64,000 nt of DNA from the NCBI GenBank assembly GCA_020184695.1, contig JAANOX010000268.1, positions 186,001-250,000 on the forward strand, written 5' to 3'. This document shows positions 21,370 to 32,976 of the stretch, piece after piece (the first letter of the stretch is position 1; each line of letters starts with the position of its first letter). Origin of the DNA: Histomonas meleagridis 2922-C6/04-290x (Eukaryota; Protista; Parabasalia). Position numbers and translations under genes: made by a program. The notes under the pieces were generated by a model. The model searched no databases and had not been told where the DNA came from. It saw nothing but the letters and a program-made list of their open reading frames with translations.

Positions 21370-23523
21370 ATGCAAAATCAAAATTATAAATTAAAACAAA
21401 TTTTTATACATTTAAATCATTTCACTCAAAAATATGATATAACTGATAAATTTAATTTCAATCATCCAAAGGATTTAAGGTGTTTTACGTCATTGTGTAT
21501 TAATATGATAAAACAAATAATTTTTTACGAATATATATTTTTTCAAACAAGTTTGCCTTCTAGTATTTCTTTGAATCACAACAACTTATATAGATTAAAG
21601 CTTTATTATTTTAACTCTAAAATTTCACATCTGAATAAATTTATTCTCTTATTATTTGATTTTCTCAATAAATATATACAAAATAGAAATTTAAATGATA
21701 TAATATATTTTAAATGTTTTTTTAATTTAATTTTTTTGTTAATAACAAACATTTTATTCATTTGGTATAATAAACATAATAAAATCTTTGTTAATATAAA
21801 TAAAAATCTATTTCCATTTATATTTTCTATTTTTATTTCACAAGCATTTTCATTGATATGGAATGAAGATACAAAAACACTTACAATAGAAGGTGAAGAT
21901 CAAATTCTTCAGGAAAAAATACAAATTTATAAAGACATTGCAGAAAATATTATTATTTCAGATGGAATCGCCAAAATACCAAACAATGCATTTGCTAATT
22001 GGGAATCTCTTTTAACAATTCAACTTAGTAATACAATTACGTCAATTGATAGCTTTGCATTTTCTCAGTGTAAAAATCTGATAAATGTTACAATTCCTAA
22101 TTCAGTCAGATTAATAGGAACTTACGGATTTGATCAATGTTCAAATTTAAAAATTATTATAATTCCGAATTCAGTTACAGCACTTGGAGCAAATACATTT
22201 AGGGAATGTATTAATTTAGAAAGAGTTGAAATTTATGGAAATATTCTGCTGATTGACATGAATGCATTTTATAACTGTACAAAAATGAATTATATATTGC
22301 TTCCAAACACAATTACATATGTTGGTGCATATTCATTTCAAGAATGTTCAAGCTTAATAACTATTAATCTTGGCGAAAATATTGAAACTATTGAGTATTG
22401 TGCATTTCGATCATGTTCTCATTTAGAAACAATTATTATTGGTGACAAATTAAAAACTATTAATGGGTATGCATTTAGTCTATGTTCAAATTTAAATAAT
22501 TTCACGATTCCAAAATCAGTTACAACACTTGGTTATAATGCATTTGAACAATGTATTAAATTAAAAACTGTTGAAATTTATGGAAATATTCAGCAAATTG
22601 AACATAATACATTTTATAATTGTAAAGAACTTAAATGTATATATTATTATGGAGAAAATGAACCAGATATTGGAACTGATGCATTTGAAAACATTTCAAC
22701 AGATACAGTTATGGTCACAACATCTTATACAAGTGAATCATTTGGTGAACTTAAAATCAGCAAAATTCCAATTGATGAATGTCTCCCACCAACATCTACA
22801 TTTACAAAATCAAATACATATTCTCAAAGTAATACATATTCTCAATCAAATACATATTCACAGTCAAATACATATTCTCAATCAAATACATATTCTCAAT
22901 CAAATACATATTCTCAATCAAATACATATTCTCAATCAAATACATATTCTCAATCAAATACATATACTCAATCAAATACATATACTCAATCAAATACATA
23001 TTCACAGTCAAATACATATTCTCAATCAAATACATATTCTCAATCAAATACATTTGTTTATATAAATCCATTAATGGCTTCAACGCATTCGTTTTCATTA
23101 ATTTTTGCAATATCAATCACTCAATCATTGAGTATTTTAAAGATTTCATACACCAATACATTTGTTATTTCGTATTTCTCTTCAAGTATTTATTACGTTG
23201 CGACAAACTTCATAAGTTATATGTTCGTATTTAATCAATTTTCGACTTATGTCAGTTATTACTCAAATTTTGTATTTTATTCCCAAGCACAAACTGAAGC
23301 TGACCCAGAAAGTATTTCTAAGACAGCACTTGTTTCAATTATTTGCTTAGCCGTTTTTATAATACTTTTAATTGTTGGAATTGTTATCTTTTTGTTCAAT
23401 CATAAAACAGTTAAACATTCGACAAAAGAAACAGAATCAGAAGAATTCGATAAAACAGAAACGAATCAAATTGATACAACAATCAAAGAATTCGTTAAAA
23501 ATGAAAAAGATCAGTGGATATGA
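21370..23523 (+). CDS. BspA-like (TpLRR) surface protein 2
   Basis: About 10 TpLRR repeats (IDSFAFSQCKNL etc.), SQSNTY stalk, TM ALVSIICLAVFIILLIVGIVIFLF and tail EKDQWI. The only in-frame ATGs before the LRRs are at 21370 and 21505. Confidence 0.88.
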   Translation: MQNQNYKLKQIFIHLNHFTQKYDITDKFNFNHPKDLRCFTSLCINMIKQIIFYEYIFFQTSLPSSISLNHNNLYRLKLYYFNSKISHLNKFILLLFDFLNKYIQNRNLNDIIYFKCFFNLIFLLITNILFIWYNKHNKIFVNINKNLFPFIFSIFISQAFSLIWNEDTKTLTIEGEDQILQEKIQIYKDIAENIIISDGIAKIPNNAFANWESLLTIQLSNTITSIDSFAFSQCKNLINVTIPNSVRLIGTYGFDQCSNLKIIIIPNSVTALGANTFRECINLERVEIYGNILLIDMNAFYNCTKMNYILLPNTITYVGAYSFQECSSLITINLGENIETIEYCAFRSCSHLETIIIGDKLKTINGYAFSLCSNLNNFTIPKSVTTLGYNAFEQCIKLKTVEIYGNIQQIEHNTFYNCKELKCIYYYGENEPDIGTDAFENISTDTVMVTTSYTSESFGELKISKIPIDECLPPTSTFTKSNTYSQSNTYSQSNTYSQSNTYSQSNTYSQSNTYSQSNTYSQSNTYSQSNTYTQSNTYTQSNTYSQSNTYSQSNTYSQSNTFVYINPLMASTHSFSLIFAISITQSLSILKISYTNTFVISYFSSSIYYVATNFISYMFVFNQFSTYVSYYSNFVFYSQAQTEADPESISKTALVSIICLAVFIILLIVGIVIFLFNHKTVKHSTKETESEEFDKTETNQIDTTIKEFVKNEKDQWI
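22795..23055 (+). repeat. 18-bp tandem repeat TCTCAATCAAATACATAT (SQSNTY), about 14 units
   Basis: Read directly from the sequence. Confidence 0.92.
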
Positions 23524-24024
23524 AACAAAATAACTGATAGCGAAAACAAATGAAATATTTTGATTTAAATAAAAATCGTTTCGGAGTTAAAAGTTTAGAA
23601 ATAATTTTGTTATTTAAATTGTTTTTGTGAAATTTATTATTTTTAAAATCAAACAATTAATCGAATGAGAATTTTTTAATATTTTATGATAAAAAAGTTT
23701 TCGGAGGTAATACTTTGATTTCACCATTTTGATTAATATATCTTTATGATTTATATCAAATAAACCATTTGATAATGTTGGTTTTTTCCCTTCTACTTAG
23801 TAATTATATTGGAGAACTTTAGTATCTTTTTTTTTATCTTTTAGGGAAAGTTATTTGTCTTCATGAAGGAATTTTATCTAAATTTTAGACCGTTATCATT
23901 AAACTTTCTATGAAATTCCATTTGACCTTTTTATTAAACGTTCTTATAGAAATTTCAATGCTTTAAATGGTCGAATATTTAAATTGAATCATTAAATGCT
24001 CAACCAAAAAATGCCTTCATAACA

Positions 24025-24031
24025 TCATTTT
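24025..24031 (+). promoter_or_regulatory. Initiator (Inr)-like TCATTTT just upstream of the HSP70 ATG
   Basis: Matches the trichomonad Inr consensus TCA(Y)T(W)Y, 13 nt before the ATG. Confidence 0.5.
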
Positions 24032-24037
24032 TTTATT

Positions 24038-25981
24038 ATGTCAGCTATAGGTATTGATTTAGGTACAACATACAGTTGCGTTGGTGTTTTTAGACACAAT
24101 CGTGTTGATATTATAGCAAATGATATGGGTAATCGTACAACACCATCTTATGTTGCATTTACAGAAGATGAAAGACTTGTTGGTGATGCTGCAAAGAACC
24201 AAGCAGCCATGAATCCAACAAACACAGTATTTGATGCCAAGCGTATGATTGGCCGTAAATTTAGTGATCCAGTTGTTCAAAAAGATATGCAACATTGGCC
24301 ATTCAAAGTTGTTCGTGGTGAAGCAGATCGTCCAAGAATTCAAGTTCAATGGAAAGGCGAAACGAAACAATTTTATCCTGAAGAAATTTCAGCTATGGTT
24401 TTGGGTAAAATGAAAGAAATTGCAGAAAGTCAACTTACAGACAAAGTCAAAGATGCAGTTATTACAGTTCCAGCATATTTCAATGATGGCCAGCGTCAAG
24501 CCACAAAAGACGCCGGTGTCATAGCCGGATTAAATGTATTACGTATTATTAATGAGCCAACAGCCGCCGCAATTGCGTTTGGTCTTAATGAAAAATCCGA
24601 TAAAGAGCGTCATGTTTTAATATTTGATCTTGGCGGCGGTACATTTGATGTTTCATTACTTGATATCGATGGCGGCATGTTCGAAGTTCGTGCCACAGCA
24701 GGTGATACACATCTTGGCGGCGAAGACTTTGATAATCGTATGGTTAATTACTTTGCAGATCGATTCCAGAAGAAGTTCAAATGTGATTTAAGGCAATCGC
24801 CACGTGCATTACGTACATTACGAACAGCATGCGAACGAGCTAAGCGAACATTATCCACAGCCACATCCGCATCAATTGTTTGCGATTCATTATATGAAGG
24901 CCACGACTTCATGGATAACATTTCACGTGCAATGTTCGAGAACTTAAATGATGAGTTATTCAGATCGACGATGACACCAGTTGCACAAGTATTAAGGGAT
25001 GCGAACATGTCGAAGTCAGACGTCACCGATATAGTTTTAGTTGGAGGTTCATCACGTATTCCACGTGTCCAACAATTGTTACAAGACTTCTTCAATGGCA
25101 AGCAGCCATGCCGTGGTGTTGATCCGGATGAAGCAGTTGCATATGGGGCAGCAGTCCAAGCAGCAATTATCAAAGGCGATACATCAGATACAGTGAAAGA
25201 TATTTTATTATTAGATGTTGCACCACTTTCATTAGGTATCGAAACAGCTGGCGGAATGATGACAGTGCTCATTCCACGTAACACGACAATTCCAGCGAAG
25301 AAGTCAAATGTCTTCACGACATTCTCAGATAACCAGCCCGCAGTTACAATCAAAGTTTATGAAGGAGAACGTTCTCGAACATGCGACAACAACTTACTTG
25401 GCACATTTGATTTAACAGGTATTCCGCCAGCACCACGCGGCGTACCACAGATTGAAGTTACATTCGATGTTAACGCAGATGGTATTATGAACGTTTCGGC
25501 ACAAGATAAGTCGACAGGCAACGTGAAGAAGATCACGATTAAGAATGAGAAAGGACGTCTTTCACAAGCAGATATCGACAAAATGGTTGCAGACGCAGAG
25601 AAGTACAAAGCACAAGATGAAGAAGTGCGTAAGAAAGTGGAAGCGAAGAACGCACTCGAAGGATACTGCTTCGGCGTACGCAACTCATTAAATCAAGAGC
25701 AGTTCGCTAACGCATTGTCACAATCAGACAAGGACACAATCAACAAGGAAATCAATGACACGCTCGCATGGATCGAGTCTAACCAAGACGCAGACGTCGC
25801 AACAATCGAAGCGAAGCAGAAGGAACTCGAAGGCAAACTGATGCCAATTATGCAATCAGCTTATCAACATGCAGCAGGAGGCGCACAAGGCGGAATGCCA
25901 GGCGCGAACATGCAAGGAGGAAGTGGACCATCAGCAAACAGTGGACATTCATCAGGACCACGCGTTGAAGAAGTCGATTAA
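24038..25981 (+). CDS. HSP70: Cytosolic HSP70
   Basis: [27 protein letters not shown] and C-terminal EEVD. Confidence 0.97.
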   Translation: MSAIGIDLGTTYSCVGVFRHNRVDIIANDMGNRTTPSYVAFTEDERLVGDAAKNQAAMNPTNTVFDAKRMIGRKFSDPVVQKDMQHWPFKVVRGEADRPRIQVQWKGETKQFYPEEISAMVLGKMKEIAESQLTDKVKDAVITVPAYFNDGQRQATKDAGVIAGLNVLRIINEPTAAAIAFGLNEKSDKERHVLIFDLGGGTFDVSLLDIDGGMFEVRATAGDTHLGGEDFDNRMVNYFADRFQKKFKCDLRQSPRALRTLRTACERAKRTLSTATSASIVCDSLYEGHDFMDNISRAMFENLNDELFRSTMTPVAQVLRDANMSKSDVTDIVLVGGSSRIPRVQQLLQDFFNGKQPCRGVDPDEAVAYGAAVQAAIIKGDTSDTVKDILLLDVAPLSLGIETAGGMMTVLIPRNTTIPAKKSNVFTTFSDNQPAVTIKVYEGERSRTCDNNLLGTFDLTGIPPAPRGVPQIEVTFDVNADGIMNVSAQDKSTGNVKKITIKNEKGRLSQADIDKMVADAEKYKAQDEEVRKKVEAKNALEGYCFGVRNSLNQEQFANALSQSDKDTINKEINDTLAWIESNQDADVATIEAKQKELEGKLMPIMQSAYQHAAGGAQGGMPGANMQGGSGPSANSGHSSGPRVEEVD

Positions 25982-26650
25982 ATGAATAAAATGTGATACA
26001 ATGAATAATTTTCATTTTTAATCCATTTAATAACACAAAATGATTATTTGCATAATTTAACTTAATAGAAATTATGTAATAAAAAAAGTAAATCATTTGC
26101 TTTCCATATAGGATAAATCTTGAGTGTAAATGAAGTAAAAGAATCTAGGTTTAGTAGTGCATACATCCCAATTAGAAGTTAGAAATCATTATTAAACTAT
26201 AGATTTAATCAGTACTTATAAACGTCTTTCTTTTTTTTAGTGCTTATATTTTTATATATTTGCTATCATTTTTTTTTTATTAATAAACCAATTTTTATTA
26301 TTAAGATGAATACCATTTTATTCTGATTTTATTTGAAATAAGAAAACAAAATTAAACATGTTTAACTTAGTTAAGATAATTAATTCATTTATATGAATTT
26401 TTTATTATATTTGATGATAAATCTTTAAAAAATTTATTATTTCACCTAGAACATGTATCAAAAAAGAATTTGATATTATTTGCAGTCATTTCTATCAAAA
26501 ATACCAAACAACAAGAAACCGAAACACACAAAAATCAAAACTGTACAAATTGTATCGAATATAATGAAAAAGTGGAAGAATTCATAATTTTACTTCAGTT
26601 TTTAAATTTACGATAGATCATTTCACTTTTAACGAAAAAACACCTTTCAC

Positions 26651-27088
26651 ATGTTATGCTGGATTGTATTAGCGAGATCCTCAAAGATTGAGACAGAATT
26701 CACTGTCAAATATACTGCATCTTGTCCTCTCTCACCAGAATCTTTTATGATTATTGATGATGGTGCAAAGATTATTAAACCATCAAGAAAAGGTCAAACA
26801 TACGTTCGCCTTCATCCAGGGAAACATGACATTTTCATTACACATCCATGGTGCAGGTTTTACACAGTTTCTTTAAATCTAAGCGAAGATGGATCATTTG
26901 AAGCTATATCAAACTCAACAAAAATCACAAAATATCCTATCAGAATAAGCCATCAACAATCCATAGACGATGATCCAATGACAGGATTAATTAAATCACC
27001 CATTGTAATTGTAGCTATTATCATATTTGTAGGTATTCGCCAGATCAAAGGACACTTATTTAAATCCAAGGTCATCGAGAAAATATAA
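26651..27088 (+). CDS. Small membrane protein, EMC7-like
   Basis: Short signal-like N-terminus, beta-rich segment (G..I...HP..RF..V.L), YPI, then GLIKSPIVIVAIIIFVG, which resembles the EMC7 pre-TM/TM motif. Confidence 0.45.
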   Translation: MLCWIVLARSSKIETEFTVKYTASCPLSPESFMIIDDGAKIIKPSRKGQTYVRLHPGKHDIFITHPWCRFYTVSLNLSEDGSFEAISNSTKITKYPIRISHQQSIDDDPMTGLIKSPIVIVAIIIFVGIRQIKGHLFKSKVIEKI

Positions 27089-27570
27089 AAATCAATAATT
27101 TCTTGGTATTTAATCATCAAACAATTACAGAATTCCTTAAAATCAAAGAATATTTGTTTCAATGAAAGGGTATTTAAGAAAACTTTTTTAACCGGATCCA
27201 AAATTCTACATGCAAACTTTTGCTCAAATGGAATTTTCATATGAAATCTAATAAAATTTTTTAAATATTTTAATATCACATGCAACTTTTTTTTAATGAA
27301 TGGCCTTCTTGTTTTACTGTATATGTACACAAAGTTTCAACATCTTATAATGTATTTTCTATTTGATTTTTTGTAAAAAGATTCAATCAGCATTTGCAAC
27401 AAAAGCAATATCATATTGTTAAAATTTAATATACACGAAAAATCAATTTAGTAATATCATATTTTCAGGAGCAAATGAGAAATAAATTTCAAATCTTTGA
27501 TGACATGAAATTAATTGTCGTGAAAATTTTCATATGATATCAAAACAAACAATTAAGACCTAGAAATGGT

Positions 27571-28248
27571 TTAGCTATGAGTGAGAACTGTTGTGGATGT
27601 TCTCATTGGATCAGGAACATTTGGCATAAATTGAGTCTGGATAACATTAAGTGCATCATTCATGAGGTTGGTGCACTTACCATGGCAAATTGGAGCTGGT
27701 TTCCTTCCGTCAAGTTCCCATAGTTTGCCATCTTTTTGAATAAATGTAATAAAATGATTCATGTCGTATTCTTCAATAATTGGTGTAGTATCTTCAGTTG
27801 CAGCATCTTCGTGAAGATCTTGAATTTCTTCGTTTCCTTCAATGTAATCAGCTCTTTGAGCTGGGCTCATTGATTTTGCAACTTCGAAAAACTTAGCAAG
27901 CCATGAACCTTCAACAATTTTGAGCTTATCTAAGTTGTTAGCAATACTGTGAATAACAGCAATGGTTCCACAAGCATTAGGTAAAGTCTGAATTGTAAAC
28001 CATGGATCATCTGGTTGTATTTCTCTTTCTTCCATAAAACGTGTTTCAAGAGGACCATCCTCTTCTCCGACTGGGTATAGGAATATTACAGAAAAAACTG
28101 GTTGTGGTATGAATTCAAGCATTTCTGGTTCAAATGAAAAAATTTCGCTGAACTGAAAACATGATTCGTCTAAACCAATTTCTATTGCAAAGTCGGTAAG
28201 ACTTTCTGGATCATTTGAGAGTGCAGTAAGAACTCCTTCTTCGCTCAT
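27571..28248 (-). CDS. UCHL3: Ubiquitin C-terminal hydrolase, peptidase C12
   Basis: QTLPNACGTIAVIHS (catalytic Cys), HFITF (His) and ELDGRK (Asp). Confidence 0.92.
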   Translation of the reverse strand: MSEEGVLTALSNDPESLTDFAIEIGLDESCFQFSEIFSFEPEMLEFIPQPVFSVIFLYPVGEEDGPLETRFMEEREIQPDDPWFTIQTLPNACGTIAVIHSIANNLDKLKIVEGSWLAKFFEVAKSMSPAQRADYIEGNEEIQDLHEDAATEDTTPIIEEYDMNHFITFIQKDGKLWELDGRKPAPICHGKCTNLMNDALNVIQTQFMPNVPDPMRTSTTVLTHS

Positions 28249-28911
28249 TACCTTTTTAATCGGATTTTATTGAAAAATTGAATTAAAATTTTGGTAAAAT
28301 TGACAAAAAGTGACATATATTCAATCTTTCTTAAAGTCAAGTGACTTAACGTCTTTTTTCGACTTGGCAAGTCCTTTTTATTATGGATGTTGAATGGCCT
28401 TATAACATAAGAATAATATTTTTTTTCGAGAAAAAGATTATTCGAGAAAATGCAAAAACATGATTAACGCAATTAAGAATAACTAATTCAACAAAATTAT
28501 TACCTTTTTAACATAACAAATTTTTGATGCTCTCAATTGATAATTAATAAGTGAAGAAATATTTGTTACTCTGTTAAATTCTAGATTAAATTTCATTAAT
28601 GATCGTGTATAAAAAAGGATTTCTAGAAATTATCTTCAGAACAAACAACTTTAACGGTTTTGTTCGGTAAAATTGAACACAAAGTCGATAAAACCGTTTC
28701 ATTTCTATATGTTTTGACGGTTAGAATATAATGCGATGGGAAAGGGTGCGCTCAAAAGTCAGCTTCAAGTAGATTACATCACGTGATACAAACCGCAAAA
28801 TTAAGCAATCGTGATCCCCTATTCGTAACGGTCGCGTATTTTCAAAATCGAGTTTTACTATGTTATATTGCAAAAAAATTTTCAATAATCAGCTCTTTTT
28901 AAAGAAACGCT

Positions 28912-30801
28912 ATGTCCTTCTTCTTAGTTGCTTCCATATTTTTCATTATTCCAGCTTTATCTTCTGCATTTATAGTCCATAAACCAACTAATTTTACAAT
29001 TAAACATCAACTTCTTGCTAAGTTCAACAAAGAAATGAAAAACATTCGCGCACATAATGTTGGTGCAGTTTATCAAGAAAAATATTCTCAACATAATAAA
29101 AATTCTAAAACATCTTTTTACAATGTTCTTTTTTTTTCAGCAAAATCAAATCAAATACATAATGAGCAAGGATACAAATTGTCTTCCAGATATTTTTTTT
29201 CATTGGTATATTCTTTTAAGTCAATTTTAACATGTTATAAAAGTTTTTCTATTTTTTTGAATATTTTTGAAAAATGTTTTCATTTTTTATTTGTTTTAAT
29301 TATAATTTTTTATATAAAAAGAAATATTTTTATTTACAAACGAATAACAAGAATAAACAACTTCGGAATTTGTTTTTTATAATTTTTATTGTTAACAGCA
29401 TCGAAACTTATCATTCAAATAATAAAACACTTATTATTAATGAAGATAATGATTTTGATACCGAAGAAAAGAAAGAAGCAGAATATGTTTATATATATTG
29501 TGAAACAGGGGAAATTCCTAGAAGAGCATTTTTTGAATGTACTTTTCTTATTGCAGTTTATATCGGAAATTTCATACAAACCATTGGAGTTGAAGCGTTT
29601 ATGTATTGCTATAATTTAACAACAGTTCTCAATGGCAACAATGTTACAACAATTCAAAATTATGCATTTTGATATTGCAATTTAAATAATATTGTAATCC
29701 CTAATACAGTCACATCAATTGGAAACTCAGCATTTTTTAATTGTATATCATGAAGTAGTATTACTATACCAAGTTCTGTTACATCAATCGGAAACTCAGC
29801 ATTTTCTAATTGTTATAATTTAAGCGATATTACACTTAGTGAAAATATTACATCTATTAATAGTTCTGTTTTCAGTTCATGCACGAATTTATTTAATATT
29901 ACACTTCCGAAATCAGTTAAAATTTATGAAGATAGTTCATTTTGGAATTGTACATCACTCCATACAATTTTTCTTAGCGAAAATATCAAAGAAATTAAAA
30001 ATCGTGCGTTTCAATCATGTACAAATCTTCAATGTATTTATTTTAGTGGCGAAACAGAACCAACAATTGACTCCGGTGCATTTCCTGATGTGCCTGCGAA
30101 AACTGTTATGACACCAGGTTCATATAATAGCACGAAATTTGGTGTATTTAATGTATCTAAAGGATCAATCATTTCATCATGTCTTCCAGCCACAGAAACA
30201 TATACCAAATCAAATACATTTGCAAAATCAAATTTGTTTGTAAGGTCAAATGCATTTTCTAACACATTTACAAAATCAAATACTTATAACACTTTTGTTG
30301 TAACATTTACAAATTCTTTTTCTGCTTTAACTATTTCTCATTCGTTTACTTTAATATATTCATTCTCCAATACTCAAACAATAAGTATTTTTAATTCTTT
30401 CCCATCGAATTCTTATTCTATTTCTAATATAAATTCAATTTTCGCATATGTTATAAATGAATTTATTTATTATAATTATACAATTGTTGTTTATTCGACT
30501 TATTATAGTTTTTATTCGAATTTTTATACTATTTTTTATATAAATGACGTTGATAAAAATGATAACACGAATATTATAATCATTGTATGCGTTGTTATTG
30601 TCATCGTAATTATTGTTGTTGTGTTACTTGTTATATTATTAATTCGATTACGTAATAAAAAACAAATCAGCAATGCAGAATCAAATGATGTGAAAGAAGA
30701 AAAAGAAAATGAAACAATTACAACATTTTCATCCGAAGAACATTGAAGATGATCCATTCGCAAATGATTTCAAGGAAGATAACTTTATTGAACAAATTTA
30801 A
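28912..30801 (+). pseudogene. BspA-like protein 3, disrupted
   Basis: One LRR-stalk-TM frame carries in-frame TGA at 29670-29672 and 29751-29753. A frameshift near 30741 detaches the IEDDPFANDFKEDNFIEQI tail, and an N-terminal segment (28912..29382) lies in another frame. Confidence 0.8.
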
Positions 30802-31179
30802 TTTTAATATTAAATCTAATAAGTAAAAGTTCGGTTTAAGTTTTTTGTACCTTTTAAAATAGAATCTCATATGTGAATTTGAGTGGTAGTACTGTGATGT
30901 TTTGGAAAGCTTTCCAAGCAGTATTGCTTTGGGAAAATACTTTTGTTTAGGTAAAGATTTTTAAATGCATATTCTTTATTTGGGTAATTCATTTTCATCA
31001 GGAAATACTTAATGACATTAAGTAGATTTTTACCAATATTATTCACATGAAATCTTACCTTAATAATATAAGATGGAACTAATGCCAAAAAACTTTTTCA
31101 TGGTAATATATTTATAAAAATTTATAATAAAAAAAAAAAATGATTTTCTAAAATTATTTTAAATGAAACACTTTAATAT

Positions 31180-32022
31180 TTAACTATCAATTGCATCAGC
31201 TTCAAATGCAGCGAAGTTTCGTCTGATTCTGTAATATTTATTCTTTTGCTCAAGAGTTGGAAACTCGAAGTTATCCACAATTTCCTCCTCTTTCCCGAAG
31301 ACAAGGCTTGAAAACTCATCCAACTGATCATTTGCTACTGCCTCCTTGAACATAATGAAAAGCGAATCTTTGATATCGACAAAAGTTAGCGATCTGATGA
31401 ATTTAAGACATTCGAAATATTTCCCATTTGAAGTAAATAGACGAATAATTACTTTGAGCTGGGAAATGTCTTGGCATTGGAAACCTGAAAAGTAATAATA
31501 TTGTAAGGCTGCTGTGAACATTTTAAATTCAACTAAATTATCAATAATATTAAACTTAATTTCAGGAGAAACGGCATTTATGAATAGGTTTGAGATGTCG
31601 TTGGGTGAAAATATTCTGTTGTCAATTTGATAACAGGAATAAACAAATGAAATTATTTTGGATGGAATTAATGTAATAACACCAAAATCATAAACATTTC
31701 CGATCTGAAAGTTTGGCATCATGTTGAATGAGTCAATAAGAAAATAAAGAACAATACATTTTGAATAAAATGAACGAAGAGATTTATCATTCATAAGTTG
31801 AATAACTTTGTCTTTATCACTTAGTGGATATTCGTCAATTGGATAATTTGCTTGTTCGCAAAACAGTTCTATAAGAAGATGTGAATTTGGATATTCTTCT
31901 GCATTCTTATCAATTCTATTCTTTGAAATATCAATAAGTTGATCCATTTGACCAAAAACAGAAGAAAAATTATATTCTTCCAAGTATGAATCAATGATTT
32001 GATTAAGTTCTTCTTCTTCCAT
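31180..32022 (-). CDS. Hypothetical helical protein, possibly ELYS-like nucleoporin domain
   Basis: YPL...KCIVLYFLID...IP...YQIDN...ALQYY pattern resembles the ELYS alpha-domain. Intact ORF. Confidence 0.45.
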   Translation of the reverse strand: MEEEELNQIIDSYLEEYNFSSVFGQMDQLIDISKNRIDKNAEEYPNSHLLIELFCEQANYPIDEYPLSDKDKVIQLMNDKSLRSFYSKCIVLYFLIDSFNMMPNFQIGNVYDFGVITLIPSKIISFVYSCYQIDNRIFSPNDISNLFINAVSPEIKFNIIDNLVEFKMFTAALQYYYFSGFQCQDISQLKVIIRLFTSNGKYFECLKFIRSLTFVDIKDSLFIMFKEAVANDQLDEFSSLVFGKEEEIVDNFEFPTLEQKNKYYRIRRNFAAFEADAIDS

Positions 32023-32124
32023 TCGAAAGCCTTATTTAATTGACAGCACATGTTAAAAAATTGACTGGCGTTAAGTTTGCTTTTAAAACAACGATACGAC
32101 GGTTATGGTCCAACCTTTTGGAAA

Positions 32125-32880
32125 ATGGGTAAAGCTCAACAGAAAGGCAAGGCCTCAAAGAAGATCAAGCAAGATACCTTCCTCAAGAAGGAATGGCGCC
32201 ATGTTTTCGTTCCAGGATTCTTTTCAAAACGTGATATTGGATTCACAGTTTCACACAAATGCGCTCGTGGTAAGACACCTGCCGATTACCTCAACAACCG
32301 TGTGTTCGAACTCTCCCATGGTGATCTTGTTGACGAACAATCTCATGCATACCGTCTCTTCAGCTGGAAATCAGTTGATGTTCAAAACAATGACGTCTTA
32401 ACTGTTTTTGCCGGAATGAGACTTACTAACGACAAACTTTCTTCTCTCCTCCGTAAGTACCGCACACTCATCAATGCTCAAGTTGATGTTCGTACAGCTG
32501 ATGGTTACATTCTTCGCGCTTTCAGCATCGGTTTCACCAAGAAATTAAATCCAAACAAGAAGGCATGCTATGCTCAACAATCTAAGAAGCGTGAGATCAG
32601 AGATGCTTGCATTGCCATCATGAAGGAGACAATCGAAAAGTCAACAATCCCAGAACTGTGTCAAACAATTGTCAACGAAACAATTGAAAAGGCCATTGTT
32701 GAAAAATGCAAGACCATCATGCAAGTTGATAATGTTTATGTCACAAAGATCAAAGTCATCAAGGCACCAACATTCACTGGTGATGAACTTAAGAAGCTCC
32801 ACCAAGGCCGTGCTGTTACAAAGGCTGCTGAAGTTGCACGCCCTGTTGAAGAAGAAGCCAAAACCGAAGAAACCAAGTAA
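32125..32880 (+). CDS. RPS3A: 40S ribosomal protein S3a (eS1)
   Basis: KKEW, RVFELSHGDL, LRKYRTLINAQVDVRTADGYILRAFSIGFT and CYAQQSK, with high-expression codon bias. ATG at 32125. Confidence 0.95.
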   Translation: MGKAQQKGKASKKIKQDTFLKKEWRHVFVPGFFSKRDIGFTVSHKCARGKTPADYLNNRVFELSHGDLVDEQSHAYRLFSWKSVDVQNNDVLTVFAGMRLTNDKLSSLLRKYRTLINAQVDVRTADGYILRAFSIGFTKKLNPNKKACYAQQSKKREIRDACIAIMKETIEKSTIPELCQTIVNETIEKAIVEKCKTIMQVDNVYVTKIKVIKAPTFTGDELKKLHQGRAVTKAAEVARPVEEEAKTEETK

Positions 32881-32976
32881 AAAATTTGCTTGTTGAAAAT
32901 CATTCAAAAAGTGAAAACGTAAAAAAATTGGTTATTTCGGATTTCGAACCATGTCCACTTAGTTTTTTTTAGTTAA

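Noticed and set aside
24748-25683. Long antisense ORFs inside HSP70 (and similar ones in Mtr4, RNR and RFC2)
   Set aside because: This is the familiar shadow effect of codon bias in conserved genes, with no independent protein features.
29670-29753. TGA reassignment or readthrough in BspA-3
   Set aside because: TGA terminates intact genes here (Cdc25, BspA-2), the two sites correspond to different expected residues, and the locus also has frameshifts.
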